DNA of 64,000 nt from an uncultured Acidimicrobiales bacterium (lineage in GTDB: Bacteria; Actinomycetota; Acidimicrobiia; Acidimicrobiales; UBA10347). The position numbers were made by a program, and so were the translations under genes. The stretch is from the NCBI GenBank assembly GCA_943788915.1, contig CALSSD010000005.1:248001-312000 (forward strand). Reading direction: 5' to 3'. Shown piece by piece: positions 1 to 11,022 of this stretch. Below the pieces are notes generated by a model. That model saw only the letters and a list, made by a program, of their open reading frames with translations. It had not been told where the DNA came from and did not search any database. Positions within the stretch are counted from its first letter, which is position 1, and every line of letters starts with the position of its first letter.

Positions 1-198
1 CCTGTCGTGCTGGCACTGTGTTCGAAACGGACTGAAGAAGAACTCACATTTCCGTGTGGAGCGTGCCTACAGGTGGCACTCGAGGTCGTTGGCACCGAAC
101 TGATTATCGTCGCTGTCGACCCCAACAGGAACAGTGCACAGACCACACTCGGCGACCTTCTTCCCCAAGGACCAAAAAGATTTACCCCTGACTACTAA
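1..198 (+). CDS. cdd: Cytidine deaminase, 3' part (cut by window edge)
   Basis: Zn-binding PCGACLQ motif and the typical C-terminal TLGDLLP; frame open from base 1. Confidence 0.75.
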   Translation, partial: PVVLALCSKRTEEELTFPCGACLQVALEVVGTELIIVAVDPNRNSAQTTLGDLLPQGPKRFTPDY

Positions 199-289
199 AG
201 AGCGCCTTCTAGCGCACGACAAGGACCCCGCAAGGGGCGTTGTCGATCAGATGACAACCAGCAGAAGGGTGAAGGATCCTGCCCCAACA

Positions 290-447
290 GATCCTGCCAG
301 CAACGGTGTTCCAAGAGTTCCTCCACGCCGTGCCGATGGTCCGCCACTGTGCCTATCCACCGCCGCTACGACTTCGACCAGATCGAATAAGCCCACGCCG
401 ACATGGAAGCAGTCACCGCCGCCGCCAAACTCGTCGTCACGACCTAA
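290..447 (+). pseudogene. Remnant C-terminus of a zinc-binding/quinone oxidoreductase (MDR family)
   Basis: Joined frames give VFQEFLHAV...VPIHRRYDFDQIE*AHADMEAVTAAAKLVVTT*, resembling the MDR tail (AH..ME...GKLVV); internal TAA and frameshift. Confidence 0.5.
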
Positions 448-559
448 AGCAGGTCCCGAGGGCCGAGATGACCCAGACCGCCTGGGGCACACCGGTCGAC
501 GGCTGCGGGGCGCTTGTCGTGGCTGAGGGTAGGAGATGGCTGCGTGTTGTCTGGGGCTG

Positions 560-780
560 CAGCCCGAACTGTTGATGAAGTCCGGAGACGAAGGCTTCGT
601 CTTGTTCGGCCAAGTACCGGTTGCTGAGTACTGCTGCTCCATCGCAGCTGATGTAGCGGAGCCGAGTTGTTTCGTCGGTGGCGGCAGTCCAGATGACGTT
701 TGCTACTTCTTCGGGTTCCACCACTCAATAATGGCGAGACGGAACGCATCGCCAAGCGCCGCATAACCGGCGAAGTCGCA
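560..780 (-). pseudogene. Remnant C-terminus of an SDR oxidoreductase
   Basis: EPEEVANVIWTAATDETTRLRY...QQFGL resembles a classical SDR tail; no Rossmann N-terminus upstream. Confidence 0.5.
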
Positions 781-850
781 TTCCCTCGTGTGGTTTAAGG
801 GCGAGTCATAATCACCGGGCGCGGACCGGCCTGCACGCATGAGCTAAGGG

Positions 851-2638
851 CTAGGCGGCGAGGCCGCTGGTCCAGGCTTCGAAGAGCTCGGTGTAGTGTC
901 CGCCGGCCGCGACGAGTTCATTGTGGGGGCCGAGCTCGACCAATTCGCCGTCGACCACGACACCCACACGGTCGCAGCGTTCGGACGTGGACAACCGGTG
1001 GGCGATAGCGATGACGGTTCGGCCTTCCATCAGCGACTCCATGGCAACTTCGACGATGGCCTCGGTACCAGGGTCGACGCTTGACGTGGCCTCGTCCAGG
1101 ATCAACACCTTGGGATCCACGAGCGCAGCTCGAGCCAGCGACACAAGCTGCTTCTCGCCAGCCGATAGACGGCTACCTCGTTCCTGTACCTCGGTGTCCA
1201 AACCTTGAGGCAGTCGCTCGAACACATCGAGTACGCCGATGCGATCCAGCGCTTGGCGAATATCGGCGTCGGTCGCTTTGGGTTTTGCCAAACGGATGTT
1301 GTCGGCCACGGTTCCAGCAAACAGGAAACCTTCTTGCGGGACCACCACGATGTGTTCTCGCAGCGAGTCTGTGTCGGCCGTCCGTAAGTCCATACCGCCG
1401 ATGCGGATCGTGCCCTCGACCGGGTCATAGAACCGAGCCACCAGCTTGGCCACGGTCGACTTACCAGCACCGGTTGGACCGACGAACGCTACGCGCTCGC
1501 CTTCTTCGATGGTCAGGCTCACGCCGGACAGAACACGTTCGCCGGGAACGTATTCGAACGACACGTCGTCGAGTTCGACATGCCCACTGGCGGGAAGATT
1601 CGGGGCGCCGGGTTCAGAATCAATCGTGAGTGGTTCGTCGAGCAGGCCATAGAGCTTGTGCAACGCAGCTCCTGCAGATTGGATCATGTTGAACAGCTGG
1701 CTGAGTTGTTGCATCGGACCAAACATCGTCTGCAGGATCAGGATGAACGCCGCCACCGTGCCCAGCGTGATGCGCCCGTCGCGCACCATCCAACCGCCCA
1801 GCCCAACAGCAAGAGCGGTGCTGAGTGCACCCGCCATCTCGACGACCGGCAGGTAGTAGGCACCGATCTTCACCGACCGCATATGGGTGCGATACAAACC
1901 GTTGTTGGTCTCGGCAAAACTCTCGATCTGCACGTCTTCGCGGGCGAACGCCTGCACGACTCGAACGCCGCTGATGCCTTCCTGCAGGCTGGTGAGCGTG
2001 GTCCCGATCCGTTCGCGCACTGCCAGGTACGCCAAGTTCGACTCGCGGTGAAACTTCACGCTGGCCACAGCAACGAACGGCATCGTCATCAGGCACAGCA
2101 CCAGCAACAACGGATCGAGGAAGATGAGTGTGACCAGCGAGGTAAACAGCAGCAGTGTTGCGGTCACGAACATGAGCAGCCCGAGCTGCACCAGCACCTG
2201 GAGCGAGTCAATATCCGATGTCATCCGTGACACCAACACGCCGGCATTCTCACGGTCATAGAACGGCATTGACTGTCGCAAGATGCGATCGAACACGCCG
2301 GTACGCAGATCCCGCAGGAAGTTCTCGCCGACGCGGGCCAGTGTGGCGATGGCCATCCGGTAGCTGCCGTAGGCAAGCACTGCCACGATGACATACCCGA
2401 TGATCGACTGATTCAGAGCGCCGCGATCACCCACCGATAGGCCGTTGTCGATGGCTCGGCGCACCAGCAACGGACCCGCCAGGCTGGTGAGCGCAAACAC
2501 GACCAGGAGCCCAGCCGCCCGGAGCGCCTGCGTTCGATACGGCCGGACTCGACGGAAGGTCCGCCGTAGCACCTTGGTCGTCGCTTCCCGATCGAGCTTG
2601 TCGTTCTCGTCGGTGCCACCGGCAAACCACATACCCAT
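851..2638 (-). CDS. ABC exporter, fused permease/ATPase (heterodimer subunit 2)
   Basis: TM domain, Walker A GPTGAGKST, signature LSAGEKQ, Walker B ILDEATS. Confidence 0.93.
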   Translation of the reverse strand: MGMWFAGGTDENDKLDREATTKVLRRTFRRVRPYRTQALRAAGLLVVFALTSLAGPLLVRRAIDNGLSVGDRGALNQSIIGYVIVAVLAYGSYRMAIATLARVGENFLRDLRTGVFDRILRQSMPFYDRENAGVLVSRMTSDIDSLQVLVQLGLLMFVTATLLLFTSLVTLIFLDPLLLVLCLMTMPFVAVASVKFHRESNLAYLAVRERIGTTLTSLQEGISGVRVVQAFAREDVQIESFAETNNGLYRTHMRSVKIGAYYLPVVEMAGALSTALAVGLGGWMVRDGRITLGTVAAFILILQTMFGPMQQLSQLFNMIQSAGAALHKLYGLLDEPLTIDSEPGAPNLPASGHVELDDVSFEYVPGERVLSGVSLTIEEGERVAFVGPTGAGKSTVAKLVARFYDPVEGTIRIGGMDLRTADTDSLREHIVVVPQEGFLFAGTVADNIRLAKPKATDADIRQALDRIGVLDVFERLPQGLDTEVQERGSRLSAGEKQLVSLARAALVDPKVLILDEATSSVDPGTEAIVEVAMESLMEGRTVIAIAHRLSTSERCDRVGVVVDGELVELGPHNELVAAGGHYTELFEAWTSGLAA

Positions 2639-4471
2639 CAGCGACCAACGTCCGCTGTGGTCACGTCGGTTACATCGGCAGCAAGCACTTCTCGATAACG
2701 GTCGTTCGATGCCAACAGTTCGGTGTGAGTGCCTTGGGCAGCGACACGTCCCTGATCGATCAACACCACCCGGTCAGCCAGTGCAATGGTTGCTGGTCGA
2801 TGCGCTATCACGATGGTGGTGCGCGACTTCATCGCCTCGCCTAGTGCGTCTCGGATCTCATGTTCTTTGGTCGGGTCAACCGCCGAGGTGGCGTCATCGA
2901 GAATCAGCACTCGAGGATCGGCCAGGATCGATCGAGCAATTGCCAGTCGTTGGCGTTGGCCACCGGACAGCGACAGGCCCCGTTCGCCAACTTCGGTGCG
3001 GTACCCGTTTGGCAGTTGATCGATGAACTCTTCGGCGCCCGACAGCCGAGCTGCCCGGCGAACCTGCTCCTCGGTCGCAGCCGGATCAACAAAGGCGATG
3101 TTCTCAAAGACCGACGCCTGGAAAAGAAACGTGTCCTCGAACACGATGCTCACGGTTCGGCGAAGGGCTTGTGGGTCGAGGGAACGAACATCGACGCCGT
3201 CAAGGCGAACAGTCCCGGCGTCGACGTCGTAGAAACGGGGCAGCAGGCTAGCCAAGGTCGTTTTGCCAGACCCGGTAGCGCCAACAAAGGCAACGGACTC
3301 CCCCGGTTGGATCGAAAGGGTCAGATCCTGGAGGACCGGTTCACCTTCGTGACCGGGGTACGCAAAGTCGACGTGCTCAAACTCGACACCGCCCAGCGGT
3401 GCCGTGGTCGGCAGCGATGTTGGCGTCTCTGGGGCAACGATGCGTGGTTCCACCGCGAGCAGCTGGCTGATACGCACGCCGGCTGCGGCCGCGCGCTGGG
3501 CGTTCGCGACCGTCATACCCATGCTGCGCAGCGGTTGGATCAACAACATGACATAGATGTTGAAGCTGATCAGCGTGCCAACCGTGAGATCACCTTCGAT
3601 GACCAGATGCCCGCCGTAGGCCAGCACCGCGATCAGGCCGATGTTCGGGGCAATCTCCATCGCCGGCAGATAACGAGATCGCACCAGCGATGCCGTGAGT
3701 GATTCATGGCGCAAGTCGTCTGCTTCGACACGCAGCGCCTTGGCTCGCACACCCTCGGCGCCGAATCCCTTGATCACACGTACACCAGCGACGGTCTCCT
3801 CGACCACGGTTGCAAGCTGTGCCGACTCACGCTGCACACCCATGATTGCGGGGTGAAGCTTCTGAGCGAAGCGGCGACCGAGCACGTTGACCAACGGCAA
3901 CGTTGCCAGGGCCAACACGTGCCAACACCGGCTGCGTCAGGAACATGATGATCACTGCACCGGCAACCAAAACGAATTGGCCGGTGGTAAGCGGGATCAT
4001 CGTGATCACGTCTTGGAAGTTCTGCAGATCGGTATTGGCTCGACTCATCAGATCGCCGGTTGCATTGGCGTCGTGGAACGAGAAGTGCAGCCGCTGGATA
4101 TGTGCGAAGACCCGGTCACGCAGTCGCGACTCGATCATGCGACCATTACGAAACGCCACAAAGCGCCGCAGTCCCAGGCTCACCGACGACAGGACACCAG
4201 CGGCAACGATCAGCATCGTCCACACCACGAGGGAACCATCTTTTTCGATGCCTCGGTCGATGCCCTGCTGCACCAGCAACGGAATCGCGACCCGACCGAT
4301 CGACCAGCCGAGGGCCACAATCTGGCCGTAGATAATGAAGCGGCGTTCTTCCTTGATCGCTGACCAAAGAAGCTTCCAGCCAGCCTTGGCCGACGCACGT
4401 TCGTCGGCCTCTTCTGCAGCCTGTGTCAGATTTTCATTGGGGACGCGTACGACACCACTCAGTGCAATCAA
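2638..4471 (-). CDS. ABC exporter, fused permease/ATPase (heterodimer subunit 1), +1 frameshift near 3919
   Basis: ORFs 3827-4471 and 2638-3918 join if one base at about 3919 is removed; GATGSGKTT, LSGGQRQ, degenerate Walker B ILDDATS; stop overlaps the next start. Confidence 0.88.
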
Positions 4472-4528
4472 CTCCAGAGCTCGGCCATGTAACTTACCGG
4501 CCGCCGCGGCGTCGGCTTGTCGTTACCG

Positions 4529-5335
4529 TCAGTCGTGGAGCACGGAGAAGCTGGTGATGGTCGGGCCGTCGGGAAAATCTGGCTTCGAAGTACGGCTCGC
4601 CGTCGTTCCCATCTCGTGCCTCGCTGCAGCGGCCCGACAGCAAGATCGGGCGATGACCGTGCCGTCGCGTTCGACCAACTGGACAACGCAGTCGATCGTT
4701 ATGTCGCCTACCAGTTCACAACCGCCGCCGACACCGGGTTCGCTGTCGATTTCGACCAGTACCGGATGCCCCTGCCGGATCGGCGGGGGCAATTCATCGA
4801 GCCCGTAGGAGTACTGCGTGGTGTCGAGGCCGAGTTGCCATGCTTCGACAAACAGCAGGACTGCCGATTCGATTCGATCCGGTGGGTCTTGGAAGGAAAT
4901 GAAGTTGTTGCTGACCCAGCCGTCGACGGCGCCATCGACCGTTGTATAGATCACGGGCTGGAAGTTGTCATCGAGGTCCGTTCCACCCGACACGATGTTG
5001 CAACTCGAGCGCGGGATCGATGCAAGGATTTCTGCGTCGGTCGACGGTGCCGCTCGCAGATTGAGGGTGCTGTCAACACCCGACACACAGAACCGGTTCG
5101 GCCATTCACCAACAAATGCTGGCACTGGCGACGTTGGTTCTGCGGCCGGTTCAGAACCAACGGTTGGACTTGCCGTTGCTGCGCTGGTCGGCGACGCATC
5201 ACCACCGTCGGGTGACACAACCGTTGTCGGCGCTGCTTCGTTCGCTTGCTCTGGCGCGGATTCTCCACCGCCGCAGCTCGCCGCGAACGCCAGCAGTGCA
5301 CTGACCACAACCATGCTGAACCGTGTCGTTCTCAT
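4529..5335 (-). CDS. Lipoprotein with Ala/Pro/Thr linker and bacterial SH3-like domain
   Basis: Lipobox FAASC; LNLRAAPSTDAEILASIP and GWVS motifs of SH3b; C-terminus may carry compensating frameshifts. Confidence 0.7.
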   Translation of the reverse strand: MRTTRFSMVVVSALLAFAASCGGGESAPEQANEAAPTTVVSPDGGDASPTSAATASPTVGSEPAAEPTSPVPAFVGEWPNRFCVSGVDSTLNLRAAPSTDAEILASIPRSSCNIVSGGTDLDDNFQPVIYTTVDGAVDGWVSNNFISFQDPPDRIESAVLLFVEAWQLGLDTTQYSYGLDELPPPIRQGHPVLVEIDSEPGVGGGCELVGDITIDCVVQLVERDGTVIARSCCRAAAARHEMGTTASRTSKPDFPDGPTITSFSVLHD

Positions 5336-5418
5336 GCTCCACAGTATGAACGATCGCCAGCCACGTGCACGCGGGAGTTTCCCTCGACCCCCACTCACCG
5401 GATCAGACGTCGCGACAA

Positions 5419-6561
5419 CTAGGCCTGGGGTGTGATGAGGGCCTTGTCGCCGGTTGCCATCAGGCCGTAGCGCTTGACCATCGCCGGGTCGACTACGTCG
5501 GTGAACGATAGCCGCATGCCGTAACTGCTGGCGAAGGTGGTGGTGATCTCGTCGGCCACCCGCTGACGCAGGCGATCCGCACCCTCCTGGCCGATCTTGC
5601 CTAGGAACGGTGTGAGCAACCAGCCGCCAAGCCCCCATGACATGCCGAAGTTGCGCGTGATCGTCGTCGCTCCCCGGTCGAGCCCACCATAGATGTAGAC
5701 CTGCTTGTGCGTGTCTGATCCGTAACGGCTGAACTCATTCGCTTCTGACGCCACCCGTTCCATGCACATCAACAAGGTGCCAGCGAGCTCACCGCCACCG
5801 ATCGCATCGAACGCAATAGTGGCTCCCGTCGCTCGCAGCGCTTCGGTCAGATCGTCGACGAACGTCTCTGCACTGGAGTCGACCACATGGGCCGCACCCA
5901 TGTCGTTAAGCAGTGCTACATGTTCGGGCTTACGCACGATGTTGACCAGGTCGACGCCATCGATGATACAGATACGGTTGAGCATCAGTCCCAGGTTTGA
6001 GGCACCGACGGTGTGGATGAGCGCAGTGTGGCCTTCGGCTCGCATGGTCTCAACCATGCCGAGCGCAGTCAGAGGATTCACGAATGCGGCGGCCGCATCG
6101 GCTGGGTCTGTGCCGTCGCCCATGACCAAACACTGAGCGACATGCAGCACTCGATATTCGGCGTACGCGTTGCCAGACAGGAAACCAACGACCTTGCCCA
6201 TCAGCGCTTGTGCTGCATCTGAGGACCCCGCGGCAACAACAGTGCCGCCGCCTTCATTGCCGGTGGGCATGGGTTTTCCCAACCGACCGGCAGAACCAGC
6301 GAGGACCGCTGGCGATAGTGATACTGCGACCGCTGGCAGATCGCCATCGACAGCGGCTGCGGTGCTCACGTCGCCCCCTGCGAACAACATGCCAAGGTCC
6401 GAGGGATTGATCGGCGCGGCCTCTACTCGGACCAACACCTGGTCGTCGCCGAGTTCACCTATGTCGCTGCTCCGAAGCCCCAGCGTGACCGTGCCGTCGT
6501 CGGTCACCGTCGATCGCAGCTCAAGGCATGAAGTCGGAAGGTCAGTGGTCGTGTCGCTCAT
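5419..6561 (-). CDS. Zinc-binding dehydrogenase/NADH oxidase-like MDR oxidoreductase
   Basis: VRVEAAPINPSDL, GNEGGGTVVAAG, FVNPLTALGM motifs. Confidence 0.85.
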   Translation of the reverse strand: MSDTTTDLPTSCLELRSTVTDDGTVTLGLRSSDIGELGDDQVLVRVEAAPINPSDLGMLFAGGDVSTAAAVDGDLPAVAVSLSPAVLAGSAGRLGKPMPTGNEGGGTVVAAGSSDAAQALMGKVVGFLSGNAYAEYRVLHVAQCLVMGDGTDPADAAAAFVNPLTALGMVETMRAEGHTALIHTVGASNLGLMLNRICIIDGVDLVNIVRKPEHVALLNDMGAAHVVDSSAETFVDDLTEALRATGATIAFDAIGGGELAGTLLMCMERVASEANEFSRYGSDTHKQVYIYGGLDRGATTITRNFGMSWGLGGWLLTPFLGKIGQEGADRLRQRVADEITTTFASSYGMRLSFTDVVDPAMVKRYGLMATGDKALITPQA

Positions 6562-6619
6562 GCCCCCATTCAACTACCTGCAGCGCGAAGGGACGCGTAC
6601 TTGGTACATGTGCGTGCGG

Positions 6620-7024
6620 TCAGAGTTTGGGAACGAGTTGGGTGCTCTCGACGATTCGGGAGTCAGCGAGTGCTGCGGCTCTCATTGGGGCGATGGCCTG
6701 GTAATCGGGATCGTTGAACATCTCGATGAACTGTCGACGGGTGGGATAGGTAACCAGGATGATGATGTCCCACTCTTCGTCGCCACCGATGACGGTGTGT
6801 TTGCCTCGGCCCATCCACATGACCGAACCGCCGAAACGGGGCTCGAGCTCTGCGAAGGCCTGACCGTACTTGGTGTACGCCTGGCGGCCAGTAAGCCCGT
6901 CGACGCCATGACCTGACTCGGCCTGATCCCGGTACTTCAGCAGGTTGAGCATCACGACCGGTTCATCAAGATCGCTCTTGGCCATCTTGGCGATCACGTC
7001 GTAGTCAGCATGTATATGTCCCAT
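6620..7024 (-). CDS. DUF1330 domain protein
   Basis: PVVMLNLLKYR...WDIIILVTYP...DPDYQAIAPMRAAALADSR. Confidence 0.8.
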   Translation of the reverse strand: MGHIHADYDVIAKMAKSDLDEPVVMLNLLKYRDQAESGHGVDGLTGRQAYTKYGQAFAELEPRFGGSVMWMGRGKHTVIGGDEEWDIIILVTYPTRRQFIEMFNDPDYQAIAPMRAAALADSRIVESTQLVPKL

Positions 7025-7047
7025 GTCCCGAAGCTAACAAGCCCGAC

Positions 7048-8514
7048 TCAACACTCAATGATCCGGACCGGGATACGCACTGCAAGCCCGCCTTCGGAGG
7101 TCTCCTTGTACTTGACGTTCATGTCCTGCGCGGTCTGCCACATGGTGTCGATGACATCGTCCAAGGTGACTCGGGCCAGGTCAGGTAAGCCTTCCAACGC
7201 AAGGTGGGTAGCAGTAATGGCCTTCATTGCTCCCATGGCATTCCGTTCGATACACGGGACCTGCACGAGCCCACCAATCGGGTCACAGGTCAGGCCGAGA
7301 TGGTGTTCCATGGCAATCTCGGCCGCCATCAGCGCTTGGGCGGGCGAGCCGCCCCGGACCTCGACAAGGGCTGCAGCAGCCATTGCGGCTGATACTCCGA
7401 TCTCGGCCTGGCATCCTCCCATCGCGGCCGAGATAGTGGCCCGCTTCTTGAAGATCGCGCCGATCTCGGCAGCCACAAGCAGAAACCGGATGGCGCTTTC
7501 GTCGGTGGCAGTTCCCGTGGCCAGATAGTGCGCCAGCACTGCCGGGATCACACCAGCAGCACCGTTGGTTGGAGCGGTCACGACTCGACCAAAGGCCGCG
7601 TTCTCCTCGTTCACGGCTAGCGCAAAACAGCTGACCCATCGCACCGTGTGGTCAAAGTTGGGGCGAGCGCTACACACCGCCTGAAACCAGTCGTCTGCCG
7701 AGTCGAACTCGCTGGCAGCACCCATGAGCGTCTGGTGAAGACCAGCAGCTCGCCGTGATACTTCGAGGCCACCGGGCAACACCCCTTCGGTGCAGCAGCC
7801 TCGAAACATGCACTCGACCATCGTGTCCCGGATCCGAAGCAGACCGGTGTCGATCTCGTCATCGGTGCGCCAATGGCGCTCGTTTCCACGCACGACGTCC
7901 GCGATCGAGCAGTCGAGATCTTGGGTCCAGCGCAAAAGATCCTGTGCCATTTCAATCGGAAATGGCAGGGTCACGGGCTCCGGCGCTTCAACCCCCGTGT
8001 CCTCACCAACGATAAACCCGCCGCCGATCGAGAAGTATCGACGCACAAGCGGCTCGTCATTCGCACGGACAGCCGTAATCGCCATGCCGTTCGGGTGGAA
8101 GTCAAGCGACTGGTCGGTGCGGAACTGGATGTCGCGTTCTCGTTCGAACGGAACCCCGTGGTGGCGTCGCAGCCGGAGTTCGCCGGCCAACGCCACGTCG
8201 GCCCCAAGCCTGGTGATGAGGTCGACCTCACACGTCTCGGGGTCTTCGCCACGCAGTCCCATCATGATGGCGACACCGGTGCCATGGCCTCGTCCGGTCT
8301 TGGCCAACGACCCGTACAAGTCGACGTTGACCGACTCGACGTCGGTAAGCGCTCCGGCGGCTTCGACTTCGTCGAGGAATCGGAGCGCCGCCCGCCATGG
8401 ACCAAGGGTGTGTGAGCTCGACGGCCCCACACCAATCTTCAACATGTCGAACACACTGATCGCCGATCGAATCCGCCGATCCGGTATGTCCAGTTGATCT
8501 GAGACGATAGTCAT
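7048..8514 (-). CDS. sdaA: L-serine ammonia-lyase (Fe-S type, single chain)
   Basis: [60 protein letters not shown] upstream of ATG 8514. Confidence 0.95.
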   Translation of the reverse strand: MTIVSDQLDIPDRRIRSAISVFDMLKIGVGPSSSHTLGPWRAALRFLDEVEAAGALTDVESVNVDLYGSLAKTGRGHGTGVAIMMGLRGEDPETCEVDLITRLGADVALAGELRLRRHHGVPFERERDIQFRTDQSLDFHPNGMAITAVRANDEPLVRRYFSIGGGFIVGEDTGVEAPEPVTLPFPIEMAQDLLRWTQDLDCSIADVVRGNERHWRTDDEIDTGLLRIRDTMVECMFRGCCTEGVLPGGLEVSRRAAGLHQTLMGAASEFDSADDWFQAVCSARPNFDHTVRWVSCFALAVNEENAAFGRVVTAPTNGAAGVIPAVLAHYLATGTATDESAIRFLLVAAEIGAIFKKRATISAAMGGCQAEIGVSAAMAAAALVEVRGGSPAQALMAAEIAMEHHLGLTCDPIGGLVQVPCIERNAMGAMKAITATHLALEGLPDLARVTLDDVIDTMWQTAQDMNVKYKETSEGGLAVRIPVRIIEC

Positions 8515-8561
8515 GGGTGCTCCCCGAGGTCGGGCTGATCCTAATCCTGCATGTCGCGCTG

Positions 8562-9000
8562 ATGTTGCGAACGAAGGCCAACCCGAACAGCGCGAGCTAC
8601 GGCCCTGCGATCGCTGGTGTAGAGATTGCACCCCTCACCCCATCGATCGGTGCGGTGGTGAGCAGCGTCGGCCTGGCCCACGATCTGCAGGATCCGACAA
8701 TCGAGGCCACTATCAAACAAGCCTTTCTCGACCACCAGGTGCTGGTATTTCGCGATCAGGAACTGACTCGCAAACAACATCAGGACTTCGGCCGCCGCTT
8801 CGGTCGGCTCCATGTACATCCAAGCCAATGCCACGATGGCTACGAAGGCGACCAAGAGATCTTCCCCGTCGAGGCCGATGAAGCCACCGGGCTCACCAAC
8901 GGCGCCTTGTGACATAGCGACAATCGATGCGTGCAGCACTACGCGGTGTGAAACCATCGCCCGCAACGACGCATCGACGAACGAGCAACAGTCGCCAGCA
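8562..9000 (+). pseudogene. TauD/TfdA dioxygenase pseudogene with large internal deletion
   Basis: N-terminal PLTPSIGAV...HQVLVFRDQ; then *HSD joined directly to C-terminal NRCVQHYAV*; TGA at 8910 and 8949. Confidence 0.8.
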
Positions 9001-9046
9001 CCGTCACGGAGGGTCTGACCCCGCGTGACGGAGGGTCTAGGATCGG

Positions 9047-10231
9047 TTGATCAGGTTTTCTGCTGAAGAACGACGGTGGCGCCTTGCCGAACGGCATCGG
9101 CTGACCGAGTCGCTCCGGATCGACGATGTTGCGGCCATTGCTGATGGCCTGGTGGCGTTGCATTCGCCGGACCCGGCGACCGTGCACATGTCGGTGCTCG
9201 TGCGTATGTCGAAGCCTTCGATCGGCGCCGTCGAACACGCGTTGTATGAGCAGCGTTCGATCGTGCGCCACCATGCGATGCGACGCACGCTGTGGGTGAT
9301 GACACCGGCTGTCGCTCGTCTTGCCTATGGCGCTGCCACCGCCAAGGTCGCCCGAGCAGAACGTAAACGAACGGTCGCAGCGCTTGTCGGCTCAACCGAC
9401 ATCAAGACGCCGATACATGGCTCGATGATGCCTTCGCCGAGGTCATCGCCCTGCTCCAGGCCGAAGGGCCGTTGACAACCCAGGCCATTGGACACGCGCT
9501 CCCCCACCTGGCGATTCCCGTGACGTTCGGGGTGAAGACCAAACACTCGGCAGCGATCAACGCGCACACCAAGGTGCTACAGGGTGCAGGCTTCGCAGCC
9601 GGCCTGGTTCGCGCCCAACCAACCGGCGCATGGACCTCGGCCGAGTACCTGTGGGTACCGACCGAAGACTGGCTCGGTCAACCCATCACGGGCCGCACCG
9701 AAGCCGAAGCAGCGCCCAAGCTGCTCGATCTCTGGCTGCGCCGATTCGGACCAGCAACCGAAACCGACATCGCCTGGTGGTTCGGGTGGGACGGCCGGCT
9801 TGACTCGCAAAACGCTCACTGCGATCGATGCAACCGTCGCGGACGTCGACGAAGGCCCTGCCTATGTCGCCAGCGGCGACGCGGCCCCGCCCGACGATCC
9901 GGGCCCGTGGGTGCGGCTGCTACCAGGACTCGACGCCACCACCATGGGTTGGAAGAAGCGCGACTGGTACGTGGACCCTGCGATGGTGCCACGGTTCTTC
10001 GATCGCAACGGCAACGCTGGTCCAACCGTCTGGGCGGACGGTCAGATCGTGGGTGGCTGGATTCAGCGACCCGATGGCAAGATCTCTATCGAGCTCGCCC
10101 GGGAACTATCGAGCACCCATCAACTCCTTCTCGACGAGGCGATCGACCAGCTGCAGCTCGTGCTTGGTGATGCAGTGGTTCGCCCTCGGTTCCCCGCCCC
10201 AGTGCAGAAAGATCTATTCGATCGGGCGTGA
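9047..10231 (+). CDS. AlkZ-like (HTH_42 winged-helix) DNA glycosylase family protein, two frameshifts (about 9404, 9790)
   Basis: LVALHSPDPATVH, MRRTLW, WLRRFGPATETDIAWW, LLPGLDATTMGWK, PTVWADGQIVGGW. Confidence 0.82.
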
Positions 10232-10274
10232 ACCTGCCTGACATACCCCGCTGATCACTAACGCGGAGAGTGCT

Positions 10275-10957
10275 ATGGCCACCGAACAAGGATGAATCGC
10301 ACGCAAGGTCGCCATCGTGACTCGTGGAGCGTCAGGCATTGGACGTAGTTGTGCGCTTCGACTGGCGGCAGAAGGCGCCTCGGTCATGGTCGCCGATATC
10401 CAAGACGACGCTGGCGCTGAAACCGTGGCCGCTATTCAAGACAAGGGTGGTGTTGCAGAGTTTCTGCATCGCGACGTGACCAGCGAATCCGACTGGCAGG
10501 CTGTTGTGGCAGCAACCATGGCATCGATGGGCGGCGTGCATGTACTAGTGGACAATGCCAGTATCAGTATCGGCGGCAGCGGGTCGGCCATCACTATGTC
10601 ATCGGTCGCTGCCTGAAGGGTTCCGCCAACCTTGTGGCCTACAACGCAACTAAAGGTGGCGTACGAATCTTGACCAAGGGTGTCGCGCTCGAGTGCGCCA
10701 GAGCGGCTGTCCAATTCGAGTGAACTCGGTTCACCCTGGCATCATCGACACGCCTATCTGGACCAAGCTCAATCCTGAGTTCCAGAAAAGATGGCTCACA
10801 CATCATCGACGCCAATGCGCTCGTCCGGGCAGTTGTTCCGACCGGCGTGTTGGGCACCCCGCTCGACATCGCCAACGGCGTGCTCTTCTTGGCCAGCGAC
10901 GACCGCAGCTACATCACCGGAACCGAACTCGTCATCGATGGTGGCCTTTCCGCCTGA
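10275..10957 (+). pseudogene. SDR oxidoreductase pseudogene (3alpha,20beta-HSD/cyclopentanol dehydrogenase-like)
   Basis: KVAIVTRGASGIG (TG mutated), [27 protein letters not shown]; early TGA, internal deletion and several frameshifts. Confidence 0.8.
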
Positions 10958-11022
10958 GGGCAGACCTCAGCGCGACCGCCGATTCAGGTGGTTACCGACT
11001 GCCGCCAGGCAGTGATGGCTGC

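Noticed and set aside
795..852. TAAGGGC motifs here and at 31252 as IS ends
   Set aside because: Only 7-8 bp, no paired terminal inverted repeats or transposase; a similar string occurs inside an intact gene near 52990.
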